The position numbers and the translations under genes were made by a program. The notes beneath the pieces are model-generated. The model had not been told where the DNA came from and did no database searches. It saw only the letters and a list, made by a program, of their open reading frames with translations. Positions 39,447-53,429 of a DNA stretch of 64,000 nucleotides are shown here, piece after piece; positions within the stretch are counted from its first letter, which is position 1; every line of letters begins with the position of its first letter. The stretch comes from Octopus sinensis (taxonomy: Eukaryota): the NCBI RefSeq assembly GCF_006345805.1, contig NC_043006.1, forward strand, positions 32,984,001 to 33,048,000, read 5' to 3'.

Positions 39447-40402
39447 GTACACCCTTGTTCTGTATAACTCTTTCGATTACTAGAGATAAGGTCGGTCAAC
39501 TGTTGTGTAGAAGACGGCTAATGAGCGACAAACACCGACCAACGATTGTCCTCTCTTTATCTCCAGACAATAAACCTTAATGGTTTATCAATTTTGGAGA
39601 ATTCTTGACTCTTGGGATTATCTCCTCATCTCACATGGTTCAGGTTTTAATTTCCTTCCGGTAGATATGGCGCAATCTCTAGAAGCAGAGATAATTTTAA
39701 GAAATGAAAAAATTCATGTTGTATAATATTTGACATACCTGTATTTTCAAATACTTATATGTAACCGTTATTCCGCTATATTGCTTGTAGTAACAACAAT
39801 ATTATATACAAAGCAATATATTTCGGATTAAGAAGATACATAACTGTGTGCATGTGTGATTTCCTAAAAATTCTTTTTCATTTACTCGGTTTGACATTTT
39901 AGATAGTTATTTTTATATATTATGGATATATTTTTAGTAGAAAAATTTAATGTCATTCTTCATATTCAGTAGTTTTCTGTCAGTGAATAGAGTTTTGATA
40001 TATTAAGAAGCGATTGAGAGATGTAAACCGGGAGTGCTGTTTCCGTTATAAGTCACTGTGGTTTATGCATTATGCGTCATTTTCAAATATATACCCTACC
40101 ATACGAAAAGATTTATGGCGAAGCGATTGTCTCGTGGAGAAGGCTTAAGAATTGAGGTTCATACTTTACCAGTATTAATTTTCTGAGTTTTACCTAAAAT
40201 TAAGAAAAATTGTTTTAGACTTTCTAAGAAGATAATGATACTTGAGTTCCAAAGTCAACTATTTTGAGAGTAATGAGAGTTAGACTGTACTTTTCATCCC
40301 GCTTCTTGACTGGTTCATTATTTTGTTGACCCTAGTATGATAAAATATAAAGTTCATATCGTCAGGGTATGATCTCAGGACGTAAGAAGCTGGAAGGAAT
40401 AT

Positions 40403-40620
40403 TGGTTTCAAATTTTGGAACCAGGCCAGCACTTTCGGGTGAGGGAGTAACTCGATTATATCAACCCCAGTGTTTAACTGGAACTTATTTTATCGACCCG
40501 CGAAAGAATAAAAGGCAAATTCGACCTCGGTGGAATTTGAACTCAGAACGTCAAGACGAGCGAAATGCCGCTAAGCAATTTTTTCCGGAGCGGTAAGGAT
40601 TCTGCTAGCTCACCGCCTTG
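40403..40620 (-). mobile_element. tRNA-SINE family A
   Basis: Family A core and reverse-complement B-box. Confidence 0.8.
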
Positions 40621-41655
40621 CTTAGCGTCTAATGGGATAATTTTTATTAATTACTCTCATTATTATAATATTCTTTGTCATAATTGTAAATATTGCTGAC
40701 TTGAGATGAAACAAAAGCCACTGCATATTCATTAATTATTGTGTCGATTAGACAAACAACAAAAATAGTTTAAATGCCGGTTTAACGCCACCCTTACATT
40801 TCATCTGCATTCGATCAATTGGTGGTATAACAATTCATCGCTGTTTGCTTTGTGAAAGAAAGCGGATTTCTTGCCCATTGAGAAAGTGTGGTAGTCATTG
40901 CTGGAGTATTTTTGATCCTAAATCCTTTCGACCAGAGCTGACCTGGTGCTAAAAAACAACAGCAACAGTTTCTACTCAACCTTTTCTTACAGTTCTAAAA
41001 CGGTTCTGTGTCTCTAATAAATGGTTTCCAGTGATGAAATAATGGTGATTAAATGTCAATATTTTCATAACACAAATCAAAATAGTTTACTGAATTTTAT
41101 TTACTGAATTGATATCTTATCAGTGCTGGCTTTGATCTTTCCTCGTTCTGAACATCAATAAAAACATGTAACATTAATATTTCTGGTTTGACAAGTTTAA
41201 CTACAAACATCCCGCTCAAAAAATATTCTTTTGTTCTTTTGCCAGTGTTAGAGATATGTGTTACAAATCGATAAGATTTAAGAGATATTTGGCTATCTCT
41301 AGCAAATAGTACAGCATCGTCATTGCCATCAGCATCATCAGCATCATTATCCTCATCAGCAGAAGCAGTAGCAGCAGTAGCAGCAATATAGTTGTCCTCA
41401 TAATCATCGTCATCATCATCTTGAGATGGAGCTTTCATGCTATTTCCAACACGCGTTACCGTCACGAATTTACAGAATATATAAACTGACTGACATTTAA
41501 ATCCGGTTATCGAATTTGAACTCAGATCTCAAACCTAGGTGAAGGAAATTTCTGAGTTAATGCATTCAACGCTAACCCAATCCATACCTCTTTGAGTTTA
41601 GAAAGGCTACTTTAACTGATTTCTCCATAGTGTCTTATTTAAGACAGTAAAATAT

Positions 41656-41860
41656 ACCTTTCTGCTCTAGTCACAAGAGGAATTTGGGGGGAAGAAGCCA
41701 GTCGATTAGATCGACCCCAGTATGCAACTGGTTCTTAATTTATCGACCCCGAAAGGATGAAAAGTAAAGTCGACCTCGGCGGAATTTGAACTCAGAACGT
41801 AAACATAGACGAAATAAGCATTTCGCCCGGCGTCCTAACGATTCTGCCAGCTCGCCACCT
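41656..41860 (-). mobile_element. tRNA-SINE family A with a 17-bp degenerate TSD
   Basis: TTAAGACAG.A.AATAT at 41639 and 41860. Confidence 0.88.
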
Positions 41861-42360
41861 TAAGACAGCAGAATATCATTTGATGACGAATGTTTGCTGT
41901 TTCTAGCCGGTAGGTCGACTTCATAAAGAATCCCTCGTTAAATCAAAAGTAGGTGTAAATGATGTGCACCTATCATACTAAATAATGGTAATGAAGTTTA
42001 TATAATATCACGTGACCTAGTACATGACCGGAAATTATTTCAGTGAAACAGCAAAGGGAAATTCAAATTTTATTCAATGTACATAAACGTAATTAAATAA
42101 TGTGCATAAATGTAATTAATACACGTAAATGTAATTAAAGATTATTGTTCTCATTTAGCCCTAGGTATTCCGACTATGAGTATCCTGTTCATCTTTCGTC
42201 AAGCATAAAATGTACCCTCCTTTGTAAGTGACTGAGGTTAATTTGAGAAAGACTTAGCTACCATTTCTTGGAAATCAAGCGGCCATATAGAAGTTTACTC
42301 ACTAATGTATGTAGCATTGCCAATCAAAGACTTGTTTATCCGTGACAAGATTACGTATGC

Positions 42361-42534
42361 TTTTATTCTTTTATTCGTTTCAGTCATTTGACTGCAGCCA
42401 TGCTGGAGCAATGCCTTTAGTCGAACAAATCGACTTATTCTTTATAAGCCTAGTACTTATTCTATCGGTCTCTTTCGCCGGACCGCTAAGTTACGGGGGA
42501 CGTAACACACCAGCATCGGTTGTCAAGCGACGTA

Positions 42535-42593
<59 letters not shown>

Positions 42594-42750
42594 GACTGGC
42601 TTTTTCAGTTTCCATCAACCCAATCCACTCAGAAGGCTTTGGTCGGCCTGAGGCTATAGTAAAAGACACTTGCCCAAGGTGCCACACAGTGAGACTGAAC
42701 CTGGAACCATGTGGTCGGTAAGCAAGCTTCTTACCACACAGCCGCTGCTA
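42361..42750 (-). mobile_element. tRNA-SINE family B with internal (TA)n
   Basis: Matches family B head and tail. Confidence 0.88.
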
Positions 42751-42799
42751 AGGGTTTTAGGCCTCGTTTTAGGAAAGAATGTTGTGGATACATTCAACC

Positions 42800-43092
42800 T
42801 ATCTTATTTTTGTGTCAGTCATTAGACTACAAGCATGTGGAGCGCCACCTTGTAGAATTTTAGTCGAACTAATTGATTCCAGTACCTATTTTTGTTTCTT
42901 TTAAAGCCTGGTATTAACCCTATCCGTTTCATTTACCGAGCCGCTAAGTTGCGGGGACATAAATACACCAATACCTGTTGTCAAGTAGTGAGGGATGGAG
43001 ATAAATAATACACTCATCCACACACATATACACACACATACACATACACACACATACACACACATACACACACACACGCGCACACACACATA

Positions 43093-43136
<44 letters not shown>

Positions 43137-43285
43137 ATATACACGCTGGGGTCCTTTAATTTTTCAATGACAAGCTTTTGGTCGGCAGGAGGCTATAGTA
43201 GAAGACACTTGGGCAAGGTGTCACGCAATGGGACTGAACCAGGAACCATGAAGTTGGAAGCAAGCTTCTTAGCACACAGCTAGCA
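42800..43285 (-). mobile_element. tRNA-SINE family B, older copy, with internal (CA)n/(TA)n
   Basis: Matches family B head and tail. Confidence 0.8.
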
Positions 43286-43590
43286 CGTTTAATACATGTT
43301 TTAAGCATAATTGATTTGAAATCAAAACGTGAAAGACTCTGACGAAATACAGTATTAAGAAACACAATCAAGCATCCCTGAGATCGCACCAAACGGTATA
43401 AAACTGCATGGATCGGAAGATGAGATAATTTCAGATAAACTATGCTTGGATACAAAATAGTGGGAAATTGGTTTGAACTGTTTTGTTTATTGGTCTGTTT
43501 GATGGATGGAGACGAGGGATTAAACGACAAGAACAGCATTAACATGCATTTATTAAACTGTGTTTTTATGTCCTTATGCTCTAATTGCAG

Positions 43591-43750
43591 AAGTTTGAAA
43601 TGTCACCGCACCAGAATACATAAAAACCTGTTTGGGGCTATGATCATTCAAGTGGTAATAAGACTGCTGCTCTACATTGACCAATTTGTATCGCAACAAG
43701 AAAGTCAATATCTGATGGTTGATGGCCGTTTGTCTGTGATCACGTCAATT
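43591..43750 (+). CDS. Pdfr: Class B GPCR (PDF-receptor-like) exon encoding ICL1, TM2 and ECL1
   Basis: ttgcag acceptor; completes the AG|A Arg codon; SLKCHRTRIHKNLFGAMIIQVVIRLLLYIDQF...ITSI; gtaagt donor, phase 0. Confidence 0.92.
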
Positions 43751-43873
43751 GTAAGTTTCTAAAATAAGAATGATAATTATTTCTAACGTTTGTAACAATC
43801 CATAACATTTGTGTTATAAGGGAGAAGACAGTCGAATCTTTTACTTGTTTCATTCATTGGACAACGGCAATAC

Positions 43874-43918
<45 letters not shown>

Positions 43919-44195
43919 GGTGAGAGAGAGAGTGTGTGTGAAAGGGAGAGAGAGAGAGAGGGAGAGTGTGTGTGTGTGTATTTATCTATCTATATACATA
44001 TGTATGTATATGTACGTACATACATTTCTTGAATGTTATTTAATTTTTCACACAGAAAAGAAGACCAAGTCAACACTTGTTGGACTTAAACTAAAGAACA
44101 TTAAGAGAATCAACCCTCAACAGCATGCAGCTGTAATCTGATACCGCAAGGCATGTCTGTTAATCCACGGCTGTCATTGTGAAAAGAAGAATAAA

Positions 44196-44325
44196 CCTTT
44201 CTACTATAGTCACGAGGCCCGAAATTTGGCGGGAGGGGCCCAGCCGATTAGATCGACTCCAGTATGCAACTGGTACTTCATTTATTGACCCCGAAAGGAT
44301 GAAAGGCAAAGTCGACCTCGGCAGA
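44196..44325 (-). mobile_element. tRNA-SINE family A, 5'-truncated
   Basis: Family A core and terminal tail. Confidence 0.8.
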
Positions 44326-45091
44326 ATAATGTTTAACTAGGCACATATAGAGAAGTTGTGTATTGTCGTCTAAATTAATTAGCCCATTATTTGAAAAAAT
44401 TTCCTTTCTCAAAGAAAACAAATTTGATAACAGTGAAGGTGAAATTCAAACACAAGAAATTGAGAGACGCATGTTATTCATCTTTCTGATTCTGTAAATG
44501 AACATCTTAAAAAGGAAGCATTTTTCAGATAATACGGTTCTTCATGCTTTACTATTTATGCACTTTTGTGATGTTAAGAAATTTAGCTCTTAAATGGTTC
44601 GGTTCGCTTAGTTGTAAATAGGCACTTCTCTATAAAACTGATGAGAAATTTGTTAATTTGCAGTACAGAGTGAAAAACACTTTAGAATACAATCAATGTT
44701 CGCTAGATTAATTCTAACAAGTCTAGACTCTTTGTAAAATTTCAATTGGAAGAAAACGTGTTTCCTTGGAAGGAAACGTGTTTGAACTTACAAATAAAAT
44801 AAATAAATAAATGTTTGTCACCAAATGAAAACGTTGATAGAAATAATTTTCTTGAAAGTCTGAAACAATAAGGGTAAATAAATATGTGTATAAGTATGTT
44901 CCTTAACAAACTCGATCTGGCTTGTGGCTTGGTATAAATAAAGGGTCAGTGTAGTGGTACAACACAACAGCTGTACACGTTAGTGTGGTAAGACTTCAGA
45001 GCTCCACTCCTTTTCACAGTCAGAGTTTCATTCCTTTTCTCTCTTTCACTCATTCTTCCTTTCTTTCTATTCCTCACCTCTTTTCCTCTCT

Positions 45092-45131
<40 letters not shown>

Positions 45132-45899
45132 GTTTTTTCTAATATATAAAACGCAAACTAAATATGTCCAGTTCAGCACATTATCTAAATTTATGCAATT
45201 TTTATCAAATCGATAATTAAATTTGTGTTAGCATATTAAGAAGAAGAAGAAAAGGAAAATGATGGAAGACACCCACAGGCAGGTTTCGATATTATTAAAC
45301 ATCCTCAGCAAAAGATAAACTTCACCACACTTGTCCAAATACAAATCAGAGTATCACTCCATCGATGTGTTATATTAAACACGGGCAGGTGTAAAGCTTA
45401 GCATTATTTTAATCTACTCTTTTTCATTCCGAGTTAGCGAATACCTTTTATCCAGAACAAACTTATGTTCGTAAAGTATACTAACCATCTCAATATAGCT
45501 AACCATTAAGGGTGGGTGTTACTGTAGCTTTTAGCCCCAGGAGATCTTCGTCTCCAACTGGCTTTAGACACACTTTCTGTGCCCTTATGATATTTGCAAA
45601 GGGAGGTAATCCCTCTCTCGTAAACCTAAGTGATACGCACGGACTGCACTTTCGAGGTATTTGCCTCTTGTCAACGTACGGTAATCACCGGTTTTCGATG
45701 AAGAGAGACCTGTTTGCAAATATCTATTTAATGTTTTTCCCAGTAACTACTGTCACTGATTTCGTAAAAAACTGTCTGCAAGCAATAATAAATCTCTGAA
45801 CGAGATGTAAACAGTAACCGCTCGACAACTTATGTTCTCACTTCAGTATAAGAATTCATTAGTCATCCAACGTCTCTGCCCACTAGTCTTGGTGCGGAA

Positions 45900-46190
45900 T
45901 CTAAGGAGTAGAGCCGTCAGGCACTTCCTTCATACTGCTGTATCAGAAGTAATCGTCATTAAACTCTCAGATTAGATTCCAAAGACTGACCAACTGAGAC
46001 GACAATGGACATTAAGGTTATTATCCAGCCATGTCGTTGTATGTCTACCTCTAAGTTTCGACTTGAAGAATCCATCTTGCGATTCTTTCCTGCAGCATTC
46101 GAACTGATACCGAAGCTGTGCCCTCTCAAAGCGGTGAAGTAACGGCTTCATCTGGGAAAACAAGAATTCGTTATTATCGTGATAGACACT
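45900..46190 (-). mobile_element. Possible decayed RTE C-terminal fragment
   Basis: KLRGRHTTTWLDN resembles the RTE R.RGRP...W.D motif. Confidence 0.4.
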
Positions 46191-46200
46191 TCTTAGAATA

Positions 46201-46380
46201 TTCTTTTCTACTCTAGGCACAAGGTCCGAAATTTTGGGGGAGGGGGGCAGTCGATTAGATCAATCCCAGTACACAATTGGTACTTAATTTATCGACCCCG
46301 AAAGGATGAAAGGCAAAGTCAACCTCGACGTAATTTGAACTCGTAATTTGAAAGATAGACGAAATACCGCCAAGCATTTT
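46201..46380 (-). mobile_element. tRNA-SINE family A
   Basis: Family A core and terminal tail. Confidence 0.82.
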
Positions 46381-46389
46381 TGGGGTTCT

Positions 46390-46530
46390 GCAGCTTACTT
46401 CCCGACCATGTGGTCTTCGGTTCACTCCCAGTGCTCAGTGCCTTGGGCTCTTCAACTGTAACTCCCGACTGACCGAAGCTACGTGAGTAGATTTAGCAGA
46501 CGGTAGACTGAAGGAAGCCCATCATATATG
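46390..46530 (+). mobile_element. tRNA-SINE family B, 5' half, degenerate
   Basis: Head through GTGAGTAGATTT...GACGG...GAAGCCC, followed by a microsatellite. Confidence 0.65.
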
Positions 46531-47284
46531 TATGTACGTGTGTGTGTGTGTGTGTGTGTGTGTACCTGCTGTATGAATGTGTGATACACGCAAATCCATA
46601 GTGAATGCGTGTATATCTGCTATGCGTGCGCGTGGGAATGCATGTAAGCTGACGTATAGCAGTGGGTTTATATCAGATATATGTGTATTTGCGTGTGTGC
46701 ACGCACACGTGGCTGTGCGTGTATCTGCTGCGTGTGCATCAGCAATTATATAAACACTCGCAATCGGCTCTCAGGGTCGCCAGTAGCAAGAATTTGCTGC
46801 TCCACCGCTTCATTACTCAAATGGTCTCAGATTGAGTTCTAGTTTTCTTGTTTTTCTTTCCATATAACTCTAGAATAACTGCAATAATATTCAATCGTCT
46901 TGATACATCCTAGATATAAAAGTATGTCTCCTGAGCTTAATCAGAGAGAGAGAAAGAGAGAAGGAGAAACCATTTATATCAACATATTTAACAACCACTT
47001 ATTTTTCTTCTAATGTGATTAAATAAGCCACAAATATGACGGCAGATTAGCTTGGCAGTACACTTCGCTTGTTCTCAGCCAAGCAAAATGATGCTTAGTA
47101 GCAGAGTATATAAAAGACATTGGCGTGTATAGATATATAACAATAAAGATGTAATTGTAAGATATCGCCATGAACGGATGGAAGCACAAATGGTGGCGTT
47201 CGACACGTTTAATCTGATTTTCGTTCTGTTGTGCGTGTGCGTGTGCGTGTGCGTGTGCGCGTTTGAGTGTGAGCGTGGTATTGT

Positions 47285-47542
47285 TTTCCTTTTATTCTTT
47301 TTACTTGTTTCAGTCACTTCACTGCGGCTATGCTGGAGCACCGCCTTTAGTCGAAGAAATAAACCTCAGGACTTATTCTTCGTAAGCTTAGTACTTATTC
47401 CATCAGTCTCATTTTTTGCAGACCTAAGTTACGGGTATGTAAACACACCAACATCGGTTGTCAAGGCAAAAATAGCAAATACATACACACACATGCATAT
47501 GTACATATATATATTATATATATATATATATTATATATATAT

Positions 47543-47616
<74 letters not shown>

Positions 47617-47810
47617 TATATATATATATATATATATACATACACACACGACGGGCTTCTTTCAGTTTCCGTCAACCGAATCCACTCACAAGACTTTGGT
47701 CTGCCTGAAGCTAAAGTAGAAGACACTGGGTTCACTCCTACACAGTAGGACTGAACCCAGAACCATGTGGTTGGGAAGTAAGCTTCTTACCACACAGCCA
47801 GTCCTGCGCC
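47285..47810 (-). mobile_element. tRNA-SINE family B with a long internal (TA)n
   Basis: Matches family B head and tail. Confidence 0.88.
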
Positions 47811-47863
47811 TATTTTGTGTGTTTGCCACACCTAAATTTCTTTTATTTCTACTCATTTCGCCC

Positions 47864-48052
47864 TTAAAGGCGGCGGAGTCGTTAGCATGCCGGACATAAT
47901 GGTTAGCGTCATTTCGTCTATATTTACGTTCTGGGTTCAAATTCAACCAAGGCTGACCTTGCCTTTCATCATTTTGGGATTAATAAAATAAGTACCAGTT
48001 GAATACTTGGGTCGATAGAACCGACTTGTCCCCCCTCCCCGAAATTGCTGGC
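47864..48052 (+). mobile_element. tRNA-SINE family A, degenerate
   Basis: GGTTCAAATTC B-box and family A core. Confidence 0.75.
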
Positions 48053-48053
48053 C

Positions 48054-48086
<33 letters not shown>

Positions 48087-48129
48087 ATCTGTATATTTGA
48101 ATACACACACATATATACATATAAATATA

Positions 48130-48228
<99 letters not shown>

Positions 48229-49206
48229 GCATATATGTATATCTGTGTGTGTTTATGTAAAATATAACTAAAATATCAAGACACAGAGTGTGTGTAAGTG
48301 AGTATGTGTGTGTGTAAGTGTGTGTGTGTGGTAAGTGTGTGTGTGGTGTGTGTGTATCGGTGTGTGTCGGTGTGTGCGTAGATAAATTGTGAATATATCA
48401 ATAAGTGAGCATTTGACACGCATACGACCAGACTTTCTGTGGAAGTAAGTTCTGTGGTTAAAGTGCAGCCTTCTCTCTCAAAGTGCAGCTCTCTCTCTCT
48501 CTCTCTCCCTCTCTCTCTTTGTCTCTCCATAATTGGATTGAGAAAAGCCGGATTAAATTCAACTGGTTATTTGCGTCTTATGAAGAATTCCTCTATGAAT
48601 TCGTCGCACAGAAATTGAAGCAGCTTAGAGCTGCTTATAATGAAATATTTAATAATGCACCTTACCTAGGAATCTACTGAAAAACATGTTTCTGCATGAA
48701 TAGGCGTCATCAGCACGACTTTAGATTTATTTGATGGACTCTCTCATTGAAGACGATGCATGAGACTTCAGCTATTGCACAAATGATTTTTTTATAGTGA
48801 CCAAATGTTCGTGTCGCACAACCTCAAATCGATGTTGTGTGAACAGGTGTACGGTGATTGCAGTTCAACGTAAAATGAAGTGTTTTGCACAAGTAGATCC
48901 GCTATATATATATATATATACATGTATAACTGGTGCATTAAAAATTGTTTTTTTTTTTTTTCAATGATAAACTTCACTACAGAATATTTCTTTGCATTTT
49001 CGTAAGACCCAAAATATAAACTGATAACGCTTTGTCTTCATGCTTAATATCTTCGTGAACAGGGATAAGTTCATCACTCAGAATATATTTGAAACTTTAC
49101 TTCAGATTTCATTAGAGATCAATGCTCTGCATACACTCAAAACCATAGGGTAACAAAGCGAACTTCTTATCACACAGCCCTTGATTGCATCGATATTTTC
49201 CTTGCT

Positions 49207-49399
49207 TAGGCGGTGAGCTGGCAGAATCGTTAGGACGCCGGGCGAAATGCTTTAGGTTCTGAGTTCAAATTCCGCCGAGGTGACTTTGCCTTTCATCCTT
49301 TCGGGGTCGACAAATCAAGTACCAGTTGGGTACTGGGATTGATCTAATCGACTGGCCTCCTCCCCAAAAATTTCGGGCCTTGTGCCTAGAGTAGAAAAG
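49207..49399 (+). mobile_element. tRNA-SINE family A monomer with a 15-bp TSD
   Basis: GATATTTTCC(T/C)TGCT at 49192 and 49400. Confidence 0.88.
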
Positions 49400-49468
49400 G
49401 ATATTTTCCCTGCTAGTCATACGTATATATTTTAGTACCTAAAGTAAATTATTATCTAGGAATAAAAT

Positions 49469-49681
49469 AGGCGGCAAGCTAGCAGAAACGTTAGCACGCC
49501 GGGCGAAATGCTTAGTAGTATTTCGTCTGTGTTGACGTTCTGAGTTCAAATTCCGCTGAGTTCGACTTTGCCTTTCATCCTTTCGGGCTCGATGAATTAA
49601 GTACCAATTGGGTACTGGGGTAATTTTTATCGACTGGCTTCCTCCCCAAAGATTTCGGGCCTTGTTCCTAGAGTAGAAAAG
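49469..49681 (+). mobile_element. tRNA-SINE family A monomer with an 18-bp TSD
   Basis: ATTATCT..GAATAAAAT at 49451 and 49682. Confidence 0.88.
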
Positions 49682-50611
49682 ATTATCTGAGAATAAAATG
49701 CCCTAGATAATAACATCTTCATTGAAATATCGATAGATTGTTGCTGCAGAAGTTCTTTATTACTCCCAAACGATACAAATTTTATCAATTTTTTCTCCCG
49801 AATTTAATCCATTATATTTCTATTTTAATCTCAAAAATACTTTTGAATGCTTTATCAATATTCATACCATAGTGAGCAAGAATTATTTTTCACAGTCGAA
49901 TACTTATTTGGCCTCTCCCTAAAAAATCGCTATCTTTTCATCCAGATGTTTCTTTTCATAATGATTTATCTTTGTCACGAATTTAACCTGCTTATTTAAA
50001 TAATGCCTGAAGTTGAAATATGATAACATTCAATGCAGTATTCTTTTAAACTTACTCCATGTCCTCTTCCCTTTTTTTCTTCCACCGCTTCCATTTAGTT
50101 TTCACCTCCTCTACTCTCTTTCTCTTCCAATTTTCACTTTCCAAGTTTTTTTCCTATTGATTTTATTCGTCCTTCTATCAGTTGTACTTTTCTTTCTTTC
50201 TCTTTGAGTGTAAATACTATATAACTTCAGGGTAATGTACCGGACTGATTACATATCAAAGGGAAAACAAAAACCTATACCAATGAATCGTTCAAAATTT
50301 GTGGACAGAAAAATGTTTCTCATCTGCGTTAAAACTGTAAAATATGGATAAATATTGTCTGCACTCACTCGTGTGAGCGAAGCGAATGCAACTGAATATA
50401 AACGAAGTACGTCTCATGCAATTTCATTGGGAAATGCAAACGATTAACTAACATAAACTAGGAGGGGTAAAATGACAAGACTTAAGAGCAGGGCACTTGA
50501 TAGAAACAGAACAGAAGCAAAGTAAAATATATACTTTGTTTCTCACATAGAATATAAATAACGAACACTTTTTTCTGTGTCGTTTGTATCTGGTTAATAT
50601 TAGGCGTCATT

Positions 50612-51009
50612 AAGGCGGCGAGCTGGCAGAACCGTTAGCACGCCGGGCGAAATGCGTAGCCGTATTTCGTCTGCCGTTACGTTCTGAGTTCAAATTCCGC
50701 CGAGGTCGACTTTGCCTTTCATCCTTTCGGGATCGATTAAATAAGTACCAGTTACACACTGGGGTCGGTATAATCGACTTAATCCGTTTGTCTGTCCTTG
50801 TTTGTCCTCTCTGTGTTTAGCCCCTTGTGGGTAGTAAAGAAATAGATATTTCGTCTGTCTTTACGTTCTGAGTTCAAATTCCGCCGAGGTCAACTTTGCC
50901 TTTTATCATTTTAGGGTCGATAAATTAAGTATCAGTTGCGTGCTGGGGTCGATCTAATCGACTGTCCTCCTCCCCCAGAATTTCGGGCCTTGTACCTAGA
51001 GTAGAAAAG
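50612..51009 (+). mobile_element. tRNA-SINE family A dimer with a perfect 16-bp TSD
   Basis: AATATTAGGCGTCATT at 50596 and 51010. Confidence 0.92.
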
Positions 51010-51724
51010 AATATTAGGCGTCATTTTCCCACCTTTTTAATGTATTCTTTATTCGTTTTCATTGCCCGTAAATCTAACATAATTTAAGGAGACCTGGGTG
51101 TCTATAGTTTTTTATCAGTTGTGCATTTGTACCCTAATACACTGTCCAAAGTACAGCAGCGCTAATATCCTGCCCATTGTTATGAATTTCCAGCCAAGAA
51201 AAGCCACTGTTACCGAACTTATGGTACATATGGTTTTACTAAAAAGCATGCATTCACAATAAATATTGGTTTGCCTTACAGGCAGAAGATCACCGAGTTT
51301 GGGGGAGGAAACACCAGCTCGGATCGATATTCGTATTTAATGTATTATATTGAAAGGTTTGCTAAACCAAGATGGCGGAATACGAAATTTAACTAAATGC
51401 CATTTCACTAAGTCCATTTAGCTTTGCTGATCTAACGCCTTCTCGTGATTAATAATAAAACAGAATTTTGTTAACCATGTAACACGAATCGCATCTCTCG
51501 CAGGGGATCGATAGAATGCAGGCTTATTGATCGAAGAGCTAATCTGGGTATTTCAGTCTGTCTATCAGTGGAAATGAGTGACGTCAGCGAGATTAACTGC
51601 ACATTAGTTAACTAAAATACTGAAAAAGTGTTTTTGTTAATTTAGCGACTCGAAGCTGTAAGAGGGAAGGCCGTGTAGATGACGAGTGTTTTATTGAATC
51701 CGTGGGCAGAGTTGTAAAAGAAAC

Positions 51725-51945
51725 ACGAATAGGGAGAATGGTTAGCATGCCGGACAAATTGCTTAGCAGCATGTCTTCCGGCTGTATGTTCTGAGTTCAA
51801 AATCCGCAAAGATCGACTTTGCCTATCATTCTTTCGGGATCGATGAAGAAAGTAGCAGTTAAGAACTGGAGTCGATGTGATCGACTAGCCCCCGCCCAAC
51901 CACCCACCAGAAGCATTTCAGGTTTTCTACCTGCAGCAGAAACGA
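51725..51945 (+). mobile_element. tRNA-SINE family A, old copy
   Basis: Degenerate head, B-box and core. Confidence 0.7.
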
Positions 51946-52454
51946 TCGTTTACTTGAAAACGAGGCTTTCTCTGATTTCCTACCAACAGATGGAATAGTT
52001 TTACTTTCTGCCCCCACATACGTTCACCTTAATATTTAAATGCAGAGTTGATTGCGTTTCCAAATATCACATAGAAACATTTTATTTTTTCGCTTCAGAT
52101 TCCAACCAGCGAATGAGGTTTTAAATTTCTATCAAATAACTCCGGAATTCCTTCATCTAAATAATTTACTCATATGAAACAATACTGTAATTTCAGTCTT
52201 AACTACCATTAAATTCAACTCTTCCTTTAGTCTCTCTTTCACTCTATGGCAACCTAACACTATTTTGATCTCTCTTTTTCACTCTTTCATGTTGTTCCCC
52301 TCTTACATCTCTCTCTCTCTCTCGCCTTCTCTCTAGATTTTACTCCAAATGTTTCTCTTTCCCCTTCATTTCGTACATCGGGAAACTCGAAGACAAATCC
52401 CATTAGCAATTTAAATACATTACCTTGCCGATTCACTACACTACTTAGTAAATG

Positions 52455-52810
52455 TGGAGGCGCAATGGCCTGGTAGTTAGGGCAGCGGACTCGCGGTTTC
52501 GATTTCCAGACCGAGCGTTGTGAGTGTTTACTGAGCAAGACATCTAAAGCCCCACGAGGCTCCGGCAGCGGGTGGTGGCGAACACTGCTGTACTCTTTCA
52601 TCACAACTTTCTCTAGCACTTTCTTCCTTTTTCTAATGTAACTGTATTTCAAAGGTCCAGTCTTGTCACACTCTATGTCACGCTGAATCTCCCCGAAGGG
52701 TACACATGTCTGTGGAGTACTCAGCCACTTGCATGTTAATTTCACGAGCAGGCTGTTCTGTTAATGGGATCAGCTGAGACACTCGTCGTCGTAACCGACG
52801 GAGTGCCACG
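52455..52810 (+). mobile_element. tRNA-SINE family C, tail type 2, with a 12-bp TSD
   Basis: ACTTAGTAAATG at 52443 and 52811; head shared with 31433-31739. Confidence 0.88.
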
Positions 52811-52946
52811 ACTTAGTAAATGACTAAGCACGGTTTCTAAATTCAACGTTCAACCGGTTTATATATCACCAACCCACCTGTTCTCTTTGTTTCCATTCCA
52901 ACGTTATGGCGCAATCTAAATCCCAAACAGCTTCCATGTCAGCTGA

Positions 52947-53378
52947 AAGGCGGCGAGCTGGCAGAAACGTTAGCACGCCGGGCGAAATGCGTAGCCGTGA
53001 TTCGTCTGCCGTTACGTTCTGAGTTCAAATTCCGCCGAGGTCGACTTTGCCTTTCATCCTTTCGAGGTCCATAAATTAAGTACCAGTTACGCACTGAGAT
53101 CGATATAATCAACTTAATCCGTTTATCTGTCCTTGTTTGTCCTCTCTGTGTTTAACCTCTTGTGGGTAGTAAAGAAATAGGTATTTCGTCTGCCGTTACG
53201 TTCTGAGTTCAAATTCCACCGAGGTCGACTTTGCCTTTTATCCTTTTAGGGTCGATAAATTAAGTACCAGTAACGCACTGGCGTCGATCTAATCGACTTA
53301 ATCCCTTTGTCTGTCCTTGTTTGTCCCCTCTATATTTAGCCCTTTGTGGGCATTAAAGAAATAAGAAACGACAGCACG
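52947..53378 (+). mobile_element. tRNA-SINE family A multimer (two units plus the start of a third), ending in (TA)n
   Basis: Both units end in the ...TTGTGGG...AAAGAAATA tail. Confidence 0.88.
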
Positions 53379-53384
53379 TTTATA

Positions 53385-53429
<45 letters not shown>

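Noticed and set aside
48675-48720. Minus-strand CTGATGA...GAAACATGTT with palindrome ACATGT
   Set aside because: Stem I does not pair and stem II has only 2 bp; could be chance or heavy decay.
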